A DNA stretch of 32,000 nucleotides, taken from assembly GCF_000406145.1 (NCBI RefSeq), contig NZ_CM001976.1, positions 3,864,955 through 3,896,954 of the forward strand. The letters run 5' to 3'. Within the stretch, counting starts at the first letter, position 1. Each line of letters starts with the position of its first letter. Below the pieces are notes generated by a model, which was not told the DNA's origin, made no database searches, and worked only from the letters and a program-made list of their open reading frames with translations. The translations under genes were made by a program, and so were the position numbers. Of this stretch, positions 8,117-16,866 are shown one piece after another. This DNA comes from Dickeya dadantii NCPPB 898 (GTDB taxonomy: Bacteria > Pseudomonadota > Gammaproteobacteria > Enterobacterales > Enterobacteriaceae).

Positions 8117-8177
8117 ATGAGTAAGGCGTTAAGACGCAGCAGGTACTAGTGAGCCCCGTTAGCTAAAGGTGATGGTT

Positions 8178-8681
8178 TTACGGTGTGATTGACCTTAACG
8201 CGCGGTGATACAACCGCACCGTTTTATCGGGGTACTCAGGCGCATCGCCAATGTACCGCCAGCCGTGGCGCTCGTAGTAACCACTGAAACCGGCGTAGAG
8301 ATAGAGATCGTGGAAGCCGCGCTCACGGCTGAACTCAATCACAAAACGCTGTAGCTCGGCGCCCAGACCGCGATCGCGGTAGTGCTCGTCCACATAAAGC
8401 GCCGCCAGCCAGGGGGTCAAATCCTGTCGGCTGATCAGATCGCAGCGCCATAGCCCGACGGTGCCGACCAGTTGCTCGCCTGCCAGCGCCACAAACGTCA
8501 GCGGCAACGCTTGTTTGTCCATGCTGTGATGCACCACGCTGGCAAAAAAGTCCCGGCTCAGCCCTTCGCCAAACGCCTGCCACAGCCAGTCGACGACCTG
8601 CGCCTCAAAGTGCGGGTAATCCGCCAGATAACCAATCGAGACCTGAGATCCTATCGTTGCCTTAGATTCCATCGTCGTCAT
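8178..8681 (-). CDS. GNAT-family N-acetyltransferase
   Basis: 167 aa. The acetyl-CoA binding-type motif is ...LYVDEHYRDRGLGAELQRFV... (Q/RxxGxG/A). The start lies 2 nt after the stop of the upstream GntR gene (TGAGCATG), so the two are likely co-transcribed. Confidence 0.8.
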   Translation of the reverse strand: MTTMESKATIGSQVSIGYLADYPHFEAQVVDWLWQAFGEGLSRDFFASVVHHSMDKQALPLTFVALAGEQLVGTVGLWRCDLISRQDLTPWLAALYVDEHYRDRGLGAELQRFVIEFSRERGFHDLYLYAGFSGYYERHGWRYIGDAPEYPDKTVRLYHRALRSITP

Positions 8682-8683
8682 GC

Positions 8684-9451
8684 TCAGACCAGTTTTCCCT
8701 GAAAGATCGGTACCGAATCGAACAGATAGCCGTCAAATTCCGGCGCTTCGGCGTCGGAAATCTCCATCAGGGTGGTTTTGACGTTTTCCAGATGTTGCCA
8801 CATCGCCTGATAAGAGCCGCTGACATCCCGACGACGCAGCGCCGCCAGTATCGTCTGGTGGTCCGCCAGCCATTTCAACCGGTAGCCGTGGTTGCCGACA
8901 TGGCTGTAAAGCTGCTGCCAGATGGGGCTTTCGTCCCGGCAAGACCAGATATTGCTGACCGTTTCCAGCAGCATCTGGTTTTGGGTGGCACCCGCCACCT
9001 GCAGATGAAAGATTTTGTCGAAATCGCTGCGGTAATCATTGGCGGCGATGGCCGCCTGCTCCTGCTCCAGCGTATGCCGCAAGATATCAATGTCATTGCG
9101 GGTCGCCATGCGGGCGGCAAACGCGGCGATATTGCTTTCCAGCAACTGGCGCGCCTGCAGCATTTCAAACGCGCCGATGCGGTTTTGCGCATTGGGGGAC
9201 GGCTCCTCCGCTGACGGCACGCGCAACACGTACACGCCCGACCCCTGGCGGATATCCACCGTGCCTTCCAGCTCCAGCATCAGCAACGCTTCACGCACGA
9301 TGGTGCGGCTGACGCCGTAGGTTTCGGCAATATTCCGCTCCGGCGGAAGACGCGCCCCGACCGGGTACTCCCCCTGCTGGATTTTCTCCCGCAGGTCACA
9401 CCCTATCTCCTGGTATTGCTTTCTTTCTTGTAGAACCACAACCTTCGCCAC
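8684..9451 (-). CDS. GntR-family (FadR/FCD subfamily) transcriptional regulator, ExuR/UxuR-like
   Basis: The wHTH ...LPPERNIAETYGVSRTIVREALLMLELEGTVDIRQGSGVYV... is followed by an FCD-type helical domain. The length from the proposed GTG at 9451 (255 aa) matches ExuR/UxuR. The ORF-track ATG at 9574 adds an implausible Arg/Gly-rich leader. The exact start is uncertain. Confidence 0.75.
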   Translation of the reverse strand: MAKVVVLQERKQYQEIGCDLREKIQQGEYPVGARLPPERNIAETYGVSRTIVREALLMLELEGTVDIRQGSGVYVLRVPSAEEPSPNAQNRIGAFEMLQARQLLESNIAAFAARMATRNDIDILRHTLEQEQAAIAANDYRSDFDKIFHLQVAGATQNQMLLETVSNIWSCRDESPIWQQLYSHVGNHGYRLKWLADHQTILAALRRRDVSGSYQAMWQHLENVKTTLMEISDAEAPEFDGYLFDSVPIFQGKLV

Positions 9452-9580
9452 AATGCCACCCTGAACGGCCGAGAATTGAACACCGCTGCCGCCCCGACGC
9501 GGGGCCGGATACCAGGCTGCGCGCCCCTGAATCATCGCCGCGCCGGCACAACGCGCGCGTTCGTCAGGGTCCACAGCCTA

Positions 9581-9617
9581 AACGCGGACCGGGGTCTGCA
9601 CCACCGGTCCGCGCGTT
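9581..9617 (-). terminator. Stem-loop downstream of the PTS IIB gene (probable operon terminator)
   Basis: GCGGACCGG (9584-9592) pairs with CCGGTCCGC (9604-9612) and has flanking extensions. Only a short TTT follows on the minus strand. Confidence 0.45.
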
Positions 9618-9636
9618 ACTTACAGCAATCAGGGGC

Positions 9637-9954
9637 TCAGTTTACCAAACTCAGCGCCTGATCGAGTACCTTTGCGCCGTTCAGGGTGCCGTAAGCCACC
9701 GAATCGATCACCGCGATCGGGATCTGGTACTCGTCGGTCAGTTTCTTGTTTTCCGTCAGCTTGAACCGCACCTGCGGCCCCAGCAGCACCGCGATGATAT
9801 CGTCGCCGTAGGTTTGCAGTTCATCCCGCAGGTTCTGTTCGGGAATGGCGTAAATCTGGTATTCCATGCCGCGCGCCGTCGCTTCTTTTTCCATTTTGGT
9901 CACCACCAGCGACGTGGACATGCCTGCCGAGCAGGCCAGTACGATCCGTTTCAT
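9637..9954 (-). CDS. PTS lactose/cellobiose-family EIIB component
   Basis: 105 aa. MKRIVLACSAGMSTSLVV carries the active-site Cys of ChbB/CelA-type IIB. A GGGGGA SD precedes the start. Confidence 0.9.
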   Translation of the reverse strand: MKRIVLACSAGMSTSLVVTKMEKEATARGMEYQIYAIPEQNLRDELQTYGDDIIAVLLGPQVRFKLTENKKLTDEYQIPIAVIDSVAYGTLNGAKVLDQALSLVN

Positions 9955-9962
9955 CTTTCCCC

Positions 9963-11399
9963 CTATTTATCTTCATCGTCCAGTTCGAACGCCAGCACGC
10001 CGCTGTCCCGCACCTGACGGAACCAGCTTGCCGATTTCTTCGGCCGCCGCTGCCGGTCGTGCTCCAGATCGATTTCAATCAGGCCGTAACGGTTCTTGAA
10101 CGCGTTCATCGGCGAGACGTTGTCGGTAAAGGCCCACAGCATGTAACCCAGACAGTTGGCCCCGTCTTCGCGCGCCTTTAACGTCCAGTAAAGGTGTTCG
10201 GCGATGAACGCGATACGGTAATCATCCTGCACCACGCCGCGGCCGTCTTTGAACTGGCCTTCGTTTTCAATCCCCATGCCGTTTTCCGACACGAACCAGG
10301 GCAGGTTGCCGTATTCGTCTTTCAGGCGCATCGCCATGTCGTAAATGATGCGGGGATTAATCTCCCAGCCACGGGACTTGTTCATCCGCCGGCCGGGCAG
10401 TTCGAAATGCTCGTAGTAGTAGGCCGGGTGGAACGGCGTGTTGCTGTTCCACGCCCGGCTGGGCGCTTTGACCCGGTGCGGGTAATAGAGATTGATCCCC
10501 ACCTCGTCCACGGTATTGGCGCGGATGATAGCCAGCTCTTCCTCGGTGTAATCCCAATGCACCTGATGCGTTTCCAGCAGCGCCAGCAGCTCCGCCGGGT
10601 ATTCGCCCTTCAGCGCCGGGTCCAGAAATACCCGGTTGTAGAACAGGTCATACAGCCGCGCCGCTTCCACATCGTGCGCGGCGCTGGAACGCGGATAGGT
10701 CACCTCCGGATTGAGGATCACCCCGATGCTGCCGCCGTGGCGGTGGTAACCTTTGTCGCGGAACAGTTGCACCACTTTGGCGGTCGCCAGATTCTTGTGG
10801 TGGTTCCACTGCATCCAGACGCCGGTGTCCTGCTGGTAGGGGTAGCGCGCCGCGTCCAGATAGACGCGGGTTTGCACCACAATCGGCTCGTTAAAGGTGA
10901 ACCAGCGCTTAACCTTGCCGGCATAGCGGGCGAACACCGCGTCGGCGTACTGCACGAACCACTCCACCACCCGCTTCGACGACCAGCCCTGATACTTCTC
11001 GAACAGCACCGCCGGCAGCTCGTAATGCTCCAGACACAGCATCGGTTCGATGCCCTGCCGGTGCAGTTCGTCGATCAGGTTGTCGATGTAAGCAGCGTAT
11101 TCCTCATCCACCACGCCGTTTTCATAGTCCAGCATGAAGCGCGACCAGTTGATGGAGGTGCGGAAATGGGTCAGCCCGGTCTGCTTCATCAGCGCCACGT
11201 CTTCGCGGTAGCGGTTGTAGAAGTCGGTAGCCACCGCCGGACCGTAGCCGTTGTGCCATACCTGCCGGTCGCGCTTGTACCACAGGTCCAGATAGGAATC
11301 CTGCCCGCTCTTCTTGCCTGACCATCCTTCGGTCTGCCAGGCGGACGACGCCGCCCCCAGAATGAAGCCCTCGGGAAGGGTCATTGATACCTTGCTCAT
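9963..11399 (-). CDS. Glycoside hydrolase family 1 6-phospho-beta-glucosidase
   Basis: 478 aa. The GH1 signatures TFNEP (acid/base Glu) and VSENG (nucleophile Glu) are present. The N-terminus is FILGAASSAWQTEG. It is embedded in a PTS operon. Confidence 0.9.
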   Translation of the reverse strand: MSKVSMTLPEGFILGAASSAWQTEGWSGKKSGQDSYLDLWYKRDRQVWHNGYGPAVATDFYNRYREDVALMKQTGLTHFRTSINWSRFMLDYENGVVDEEYAAYIDNLIDELHRQGIEPMLCLEHYELPAVLFEKYQGWSSKRVVEWFVQYADAVFARYAGKVKRWFTFNEPIVVQTRVYLDAARYPYQQDTGVWMQWNHHKNLATAKVVQLFRDKGYHRHGGSIGVILNPEVTYPRSSAAHDVEAARLYDLFYNRVFLDPALKGEYPAELLALLETHQVHWDYTEEELAIIRANTVDEVGINLYYPHRVKAPSRAWNSNTPFHPAYYYEHFELPGRRMNKSRGWEINPRIIYDMAMRLKDEYGNLPWFVSENGMGIENEGQFKDGRGVVQDDYRIAFIAEHLYWTLKAREDGANCLGYMLWAFTDNVSPMNAFKNRYGLIEIDLEHDRQRRPKKSASWFRQVRDSGVLAFELDDEDK

Positions 11400-11418
11400 G
11401 CCTTTCTCCCTTTCGTTT

Positions 11419-11486
11419 TTCGATTCGCTTCGTTGTTCGATTCGCTTACGTGTTCGATCTGCTTACGTGTTTAATACGCTTAGCTT
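11419..11486. repeat. Non-coding tandem repeat of 17 bp, about 4 copies, between the IIC and GH1 genes
   Basis: The units are ttcgattcgcttcgttg (11419-35), ttcgattcgcttacgtg (11436-52), ttcgatctgcttacgtg (11453-69) and the degenerate tttaatacgcttagctt (11470-86). The last unit overlaps the IIC stop. The period is not a multiple of 3. Confidence 0.8.
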
Positions 11487-12820
11487 TTCGCTACACTGGC
11501 CTGCTCGGCTTCCGCTTCCCGCTGCGCCTGCTCGGCACGACGAGACGCCACTTTGACGAACGGCAGGTAAATCAGGGTGGCGACGATGATGCAAACAATC
11601 TGCGTCGCCACCGCGCCCATGGAACCGGCGGTGGACAGCCAGGCGTTGATGATCGGCGGCGTGGTCCAAGGCACCATCACCACCGCTTTGCCGGCAAAGC
11701 CCATGCTGGTGGCGAAGTAACCGATGGTGCCGGTGACCAGCGGCGTGATGATGAACGGAATCGCCAGAATCGGGTTGAGCATGATCGGCATACCGAAAAT
11801 CACCGGCTCATTGATGTTGAACACGCACGGGCCGAAGGAGATCTTGGCGATCTCTTTCATTTCGCGGCGGCGGGAAGCGATCATCACCGCCAGCAGCAGC
11901 CCGATGGTCAGCCCGGAGCCGCCGATGCTCATATACACGTCCCAGAACGGCATGGTGATGATATTCGGCACCTCGTGACCCTGTTCAAACGCGGTCATGT
12001 TCACCGCGATCGCCCCCAGCAACAGCGGTTCGCGGATCGGCTTGATCATCTGGTTGCCGTGGATGCCGATCACCCAGAACAGTTGCGCCACAAACATCAG
12101 GATCAACAGCCCCGGCAGGCTCTGCACCACCGATTCCAGCGGCTGCTGCACCACCATGTAGATGGCGTCGTACAGGTACATGCCGGTCACTTTCTGGAAG
12201 GTAAACCCAAAGGTCGCCACCAGCGTCACGGTGATGATCGCCGGGATCAACGCCGAAAACGACGCGGACACATTCGGCGGCACGCTGTCCGGCATCTTGA
12301 TGCGCAGCCGGTCCACCGATTCCAGCTTGGAGTAAATCTCCACCGACAGAATGGCGATGAACATGCCGAGGAACAGGCTCTTGGTGTCGGAAAACTGGCG
12401 CGCCAGCACGTCTTTCACCGGCAGCGTCTGGCCGTTGATCACCATATCGATGGTGGTGGGGGTAATCGAAATGAAACAGATCACCGCCAGCAAACCGGGG
12501 AACAGCCCGCGGGAGCCGTTGATTTTCCCCAGCTCGATACCGATCAGGAACACCGCGCCGATGGTGAGAAAGTTCAGTGTGGCGTAGTTAATGCCGCTCA
12601 TAATCGGTTTGAGCGGCGCCAGAAAGGAGAACATGGCGAAACTCGCCAGCCCGTTCCTGGGGTCGAGCACCATATTGGAGATCAGCACAGAAAACGCGCC
12701 CACGATGATCACCGGCATCAGCGTGATGAACGAGGCTTTGATCGCCATGATGTATCTCAGGCTGTTGAACTGGTTGGCAAACGATCCTAATGAATCGATG
12801 GCCTGATCCTTGAATGACAT
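11480..12820 (-). CDS. PTS lactose/cellobiose-family EIIC permease
   Basis: 446 aa from the ATG at 12820, with a GAGGTGGAG SD. It is a polytopic membrane protein with ChbC/CelB-like sequence throughout. Confidence 0.9.
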   Translation of the reverse strand: MSFKDQAIDSLGSFANQFNSLRYIMAIKASFITLMPVIIVGAFSVLISNMVLDPRNGLASFAMFSFLAPLKPIMSGINYATLNFLTIGAVFLIGIELGKINGSRGLFPGLLAVICFISITPTTIDMVINGQTLPVKDVLARQFSDTKSLFLGMFIAILSVEIYSKLESVDRLRIKMPDSVPPNVSASFSALIPAIITVTLVATFGFTFQKVTGMYLYDAIYMVVQQPLESVVQSLPGLLILMFVAQLFWVIGIHGNQMIKPIREPLLLGAIAVNMTAFEQGHEVPNIITMPFWDVYMSIGGSGLTIGLLLAVMIASRRREMKEIAKISFGPCVFNINEPVIFGMPIMLNPILAIPFIITPLVTGTIGYFATSMGFAGKAVVMVPWTTPPIINAWLSTAGSMGAVATQIVCIIVATLIYLPFVKVASRRAEQAQREAEAEQASVAKS

Positions 12821-12934
12821 AACTCCACCTCTTTGATTTACCTGCATTTTCAGGGGTTGTTGTTATCAGAGGCTATCGCCCCCGTAGTGGCCGTTACGCG
12901 CGGAAGAATGGACGGCAGGTTCAGCGCTTTCGCG

Positions 12935-13039
12935 TTTGGCATGCCAAAAAATAAAACAAATGAATAATTTTTCTGTGACATTGTTCTCACAAGCCAATAT
13001 TGGAATTCCAATAACATGGCAAACATCAAATTTGGCATA
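12935..13039. promoter_or_regulatory. Cluster of palindromes in the divergent PTS promoter region (candidate repressor operators)
   Basis: There is a perfect 14-bp palindrome TTTGGCATGCCAAA (12935-12948) and a perfect 16-bp palindrome TATTGGAATTCCAATA (12998-13013). ATGGCAAA-N7-TTTGGCAT (13016-13038) has a 7/8 arm match. No protein is assigned. Confidence 0.25.
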
Positions 13040-13055
13040 CCAAGAGGACGACGCG

Positions 13056-13382
13056 ATGGAATTCGATATGGAACAGACCGTGATGGAGCTACTGATCAAC
13101 GCCGGTGAAGCCCGATCCAGCGCCATGATGGCGATTCAGGCCGCCCGCGGTCAGGACTGGGCGCAGGCCGACGCGCAGCTGCTGGCCTCAAAGGAGGCGG
13201 CGAAAGCGGCCCATCTTATCCAGACCCGGCTGATCGGGCTGGATGAAGGCGAAGGCAAGGTGCCGGTCAATCTGATTATGGTACACGCGCAGGATCATCT
13301 GATGACCGCCATGCTATGCCACGATCTGGCCGAAGAGCTGGTACTGCTGCGCAAAGAGCTGTTTGAACGCTCATCAGCCTGA
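13056..13382 (+). CDS. PTS lactose/cellobiose-family EIIA component
   Basis: 108 aa from the ATG at 13056, with an AAGAGGA SD. It is a helical ChbA-like protein with the HAQDH region. The ORF-track TTG start at 12936 is unlikely. Confidence 0.85.
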   Translation: MEFDMEQTVMELLINAGEARSSAMMAIQAARGQDWAQADAQLLASKEAAKAAHLIQTRLIGLDEGEGKVPVNLIMVHAQDHLMTAMLCHDLAEELVLLRKELFERSSA

Positions 13383-13509
13383 CGACGCCGCGCCGGCAGA
13401 GAGATATTCTGCACCTGCCCCACTGACGCTGTGCCAGTGTGCTAGTATGTGACAAAGATTGATAACAACTCTGTGACAGACTTCGGTAAAAACAGGGAAG
13501 GTGCAAACC

Positions 13510-14520
13510 ATGATGACCATGCTTGATGTGGCAAGGCATGCCGGCGTATCCAAAGCCACAGTATCACGGGTGTTGAACGGTACGGGTCAGGTGAAGCAAA
13601 GCACGCGCGATGCCGTGTTCAAAGCGATGGAAGAACTGGGCTATCGCCCCAACTTTCTGGCGCGATCGCTGGCGCAACGCAGCTCAAACAGCCTCGGCCT
13701 GGTGGTATCCAATTTCGACGGCCCCTATTTCGGCCGCTTGCTGCGCCGGGCGGCGGAACGCACCGAAACCAGCGGCAAGCACCTGATCGTGACCGACGGT
13801 CACGATACGCCGGAAGACGAACAACAGGCGGTGCAACTGCTGACCGATCGCCGCTGCGACGCCATCGTGCTCTATACCCGCCACATGTCCGACGCGGCGC
13901 TGATGGGGCTGCTGGAGCAGTCTACGGTGCCGATCGTGGTCATCAACCGTCACCTGCCGATGGCGCCTGACCGCTGCGTCTGGTTCGAACAACAGCAGGC
14001 GGTATTTCAGTTGATCGATTATCTGGTGCAGCAAGGGCACCGCGAAATCGCCTGCATCACCGGGCCGATCAACACCCCGACCGCGCGCGCACGTCTGGCG
14101 GGTTACCGGCAGGCGCTGGATCATCATCGTATCCCTTATGATCCGCTGCGGGTGGTCAACGGCGATAATCTGGTGCCCGGCGGCTATCAGGCGGTACGCG
14201 AGCTGCTGGCGCATGACGCCGGTTTTTCCGCGATCTTCGCCAGCAACGACGATATGTGCATCGGCGCGATGAAAGCGCTGCTCGAAGCCGGCAAGCGGCT
14301 GCCGCAAGACGTGTCGCTGTTCGGCTTTGACGATATTCCCAGCGCGCCTTATCTGAACCCGGCGCTGTCCACGGTGTATTTGCCGATTGAAGAGATGATC
14401 AGCGCCGCCATCTCGCAGGCGCTGAAACTGTCCGAAGGCGCATCGGTCAAACCGATCGCCCCGTTTATCGGTGAATTGAAACGGCGCGCCTCGGTGACGC
14501 AAGGGCCGCACACGCGCTGA
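13510..14520 (+). CDS. LacI-family repressor, AscG-like
   Basis: MMTMLDVARHAGVSKATVSRVLNG... followed by a periplasmic-binding-fold domain. It is strongly reminiscent of remembered E. coli AscG. The ATG at 13510 follows GGGAAGG. The track start GTG at 13501 is also possible. Confidence 0.85.
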   Translation: MMTMLDVARHAGVSKATVSRVLNGTGQVKQSTRDAVFKAMEELGYRPNFLARSLAQRSSNSLGLVVSNFDGPYFGRLLRRAAERTETSGKHLIVTDGHDTPEDEQQAVQLLTDRRCDAIVLYTRHMSDAALMGLLEQSTVPIVVINRHLPMAPDRCVWFEQQQAVFQLIDYLVQQGHREIACITGPINTPTARARLAGYRQALDHHRIPYDPLRVVNGDNLVPGGYQAVRELLAHDAGFSAIFASNDDMCIGAMKALLEAGKRLPQDVSLFGFDDIPSAPYLNPALSTVYLPIEEMISAAISQALKLSEGASVKPIAPFIGELKRRASVTQGPHTR

Positions 14521-14535
14521 ATCGGCACCGAGCGG

Positions 14536-15798
14536 TTACACCCGCTCCAGCGCCAGCAGTTCGTCCAGCGTCTGACGGCGGCGAATCAGCCGCGGCTGCC
14601 CTTGTTCAAACAGCACTTCGGCGATCAGCGGGCGGCTATTGTAGTTGGAGGACATCGACGCGCCGTAAGCGCCGGTGTCATGGAACACCAGATAATCGCC
14701 CACCTGCGCCGACGGCAGCGGCAGCGTTTCCACTCCACCGCCCGCCTGCTGGGTGAACACATCGCCGGATTCGCACAGCGGGCCGGCCACCACGGTGTCG
14801 CGCAGCGCGGACTGGCTCAGATCGCGCCCGTCGCCCGGCAACAGAGTGATGTGATGGTAACTGCCGTACATCGCCGGGCGCATCAGGTCGCTGAATCCGG
14901 CGTCCACCAGCACAAAATGACGGCTGCCCATGTCTTTTACCGCGCGCACCTGCGCCACCAGCACGCCGGACTCCGCCACCAGAAAACGCCCCGGTTCGAT
15001 TTCCAGCGCCACCGGGTGCTCCAGATGCGCGGCGATCTGCTCCCGCGCCCGGTTCCACAGTCCATAATAGTGTTGAGTATCAATGCGCTCGCCGCCGTGA
15101 CGATAGGGAATCGACAACCCGCCGCCGGCGGAAATCGCCTCCAGATCCTGCCCCACCGCCAGCACCTGCTGCACCATCGCGTCGCACACCTGCTCCAGGT
15201 GCCCGTAATCAACACCGGAGCCGATATGCATGTGGATGCCCACCAGCTTCAGGCGATAACGGCTCAGCGCCTCCAGCGCCTGCGGCAAATCGGCATACCA
15301 GATACCGTGTTTGCTGTTTTCGCCGCCGGTGTTGGTCTTCTGACTGTGGCCGTGGCCGAATCCCGGATTAATACGCAGCCACACCGGGTGACCCGGCGAA
15401 CGCTCGCCCAGTTGATGCAGCATGTCGATGGAACCGGCATTCACCGGAATGTTCAGCTCGTGCACCCGTTGCAGCGTGGCGTCATCCAGCACATCGGCGG
15501 TAAACACGATCTCGTGCGCCTCGGTACCCGGCTCAAACCCGGCCGCCAGCGCGCGTTCAATTTCGCCCAGCGATACCGAATCCACCTTCACGCCCTGCTG
15601 GCGCATCAGTTTCAGAATATGCAGGTTGGAACAGGCTTTCTGCGCAAAACGGATGGTGTCGAACTGGCGCAACTGACCGATGCGCTCAATGATAGTCTCG
15701 GCATCGTAGGCCCACAGCGGGCAGCCAAAGCGTTCCGGCAGCGCGCGCAGGCTCTGGACGTTCAGCGCATGGGAAAGGTCATTCAGATCGTGTGGCAT
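14536..15798 (-). CDS. lysA: Diaminopimelate decarboxylase
   Basis: 420 aa. ...FGCPLWAYDAETI...RFAQKACSNLHILKLMRQQGVKVDSVSLGEIERALAAGF... is near-identical to remembered E. coli LysA. It is divergent from lysR. Confidence 0.95.
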   Translation of the reverse strand: MPHDLNDLSHALNVQSLRALPERFGCPLWAYDAETIIERIGQLRQFDTIRFAQKACSNLHILKLMRQQGVKVDSVSLGEIERALAAGFEPGTEAHEIVFTADVLDDATLQRVHELNIPVNAGSIDMLHQLGERSPGHPVWLRINPGFGHGHSQKTNTGGENSKHGIWYADLPQALEALSRYRLKLVGIHMHIGSGVDYGHLEQVCDAMVQQVLAVGQDLEAISAGGGLSIPYRHGGERIDTQHYYGLWNRAREQIAAHLEHPVALEIEPGRFLVAESGVLVAQVRAVKDMGSRHFVLVDAGFSDLMRPAMYGSYHHITLLPGDGRDLSQSALRDTVVAGPLCESGDVFTQQAGGGVETLPLPSAQVGDYLVFHDTGAYGASMSSNYNSRPLIAEVLFEQGQPRLIRRRQTLDELLALERV

Positions 15799-15922
15799 GG
15801 ATATCGTACCGTGGCGTTATCAGATGCCGAAATTGTGCTGGCCTGCATCCTATAATACAAATATCCTTTTTCGCAGACTCTATTCATTTCTGATATGGCT
15901 TAGCTGAACAAAAGAGGAACGA

Positions 15923-16858
15923 ATGGCTGAGATTTCCCTGCGCCACATTGAGATCTTTCACGCGGTAATGACCACCGGCAACCTGACGGAAGCCGCCGCG
16001 CTGCTCAATACCTCGCAGCCGACGGTGAGCCGCGAACTGGCGCGTTTCGAGCATCTGGTGCAGATGCCGCTGTTCGAACGCCTGCGCGGGCGGCTACACC
16101 CCACCGCGCAGGCGTTGCAATTGTTCGACGAAGTGCAGCACTCCTATTACGGGCTGGAGCGCATCATCAATGCCGCGCGCGATATCCGGCAGTTTCGGCA
16201 GGCGCCGCTGTCGGTCGCCTGTCTGCCGGTGTTCTCCCAGTCGTTGCTGCCCGAGGTATGCCAGCCGCTGCTGGCGCGTTACCCGGCGCTCAATCTGCAC
16301 GTCATCCCGCAGGAATCGCCGTTGCTGGAAGAGTGGCTGTCGGCGCAGCGCCACGATCTGGGGCTGACGGAAAATCAGGTCACCCCCGCCGGCACCGAAC
16401 GGCAAACGCTGATGGAACTCAATGAAGTCTGCGTACTGCCCATCGGCCACCCGCTGGCGCGCAAAACGGTGCTGACGCCGGAGGATTTCCGCGACCAGCC
16501 GTTCGTCAGCCTGTCCAGTACCGACAGTTACCGGCAGTTGCTGGACCAGCAATTTGAACAGGCGAACGTCGCGCGGCGGCTGGTGCTGGACACCCACAGC
16601 GCCGCCTCGGTATGCGCGATGGTGCGCGCCGGAGTGGGGTTGTCGATCGTCAACCCGCTCACCGCGGTGGATTACGCCAGCAGCGGCGCGGTGGCGGTAC
16701 GCCGTTTCAGCATCGAGGTGCCGTTTACCGTCAGCCTGATTCGCCCGCTGCACCGCCCGGCCTCGGCCTTGGTGGAGCAATTCACCGAACAGTTACTCGC
16801 CTTCGCCGAAAACTTTCCCGCGCGGTTGCAACGCTGGCTGGCGCACAACACAGCCTAA
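15923..16858 (+). CDS. lysR: LysR-family activator of lysA
   Basis: 311 aa. LRHIEIFHAVMTTGNLTEAAALLNTSQPTVSRELARFE... and the C-terminal half track remembered E. coli LysR closely. It has the classic divergent arrangement with lysA. Confidence 0.95.
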   Translation: MAEISLRHIEIFHAVMTTGNLTEAAALLNTSQPTVSRELARFEHLVQMPLFERLRGRLHPTAQALQLFDEVQHSYYGLERIINAARDIRQFRQAPLSVACLPVFSQSLLPEVCQPLLARYPALNLHVIPQESPLLEEWLSAQRHDLGLTENQVTPAGTERQTLMELNEVCVLPIGHPLARKTVLTPEDFRDQPFVSLSSTDSYRQLLDQQFEQANVARRLVLDTHSAASVCAMVRAGVGLSIVNPLTAVDYASSGAVAVRRFSIEVPFTVSLIRPLHRPASALVEQFTEQLLAFAENFPARLQRWLAHNTA

Positions 16859-16866
16859 AGTGAGCT

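Noticed and set aside
8684-9574. Long N-terminal extensions given by the ORF track for several genes: 9574 (GntR), 29313 (P450), 21527 (PhnR-like), 21520 (binding protein), 4562 (lpxO-like), 7599 (wHTH protein), 12936 (IIA).
   Set aside because: In each case an internal start with a good SD yields a protein whose N-terminus matches the family (HTH at the very N-terminus, signal peptide, TM helix). The extensions are compositionally aberrant. Coordinates in the feature list use the internal starts.
12974-12991. TGTGA-N8-TCACA in the PTS divergent promoter: a possible CRP site.
   Set aside because: CRP sites have a 6-nt spacer between the TGTGA and TCACA half-sites. An 8-nt spacer puts the half-sites out of register, so I do not call it.
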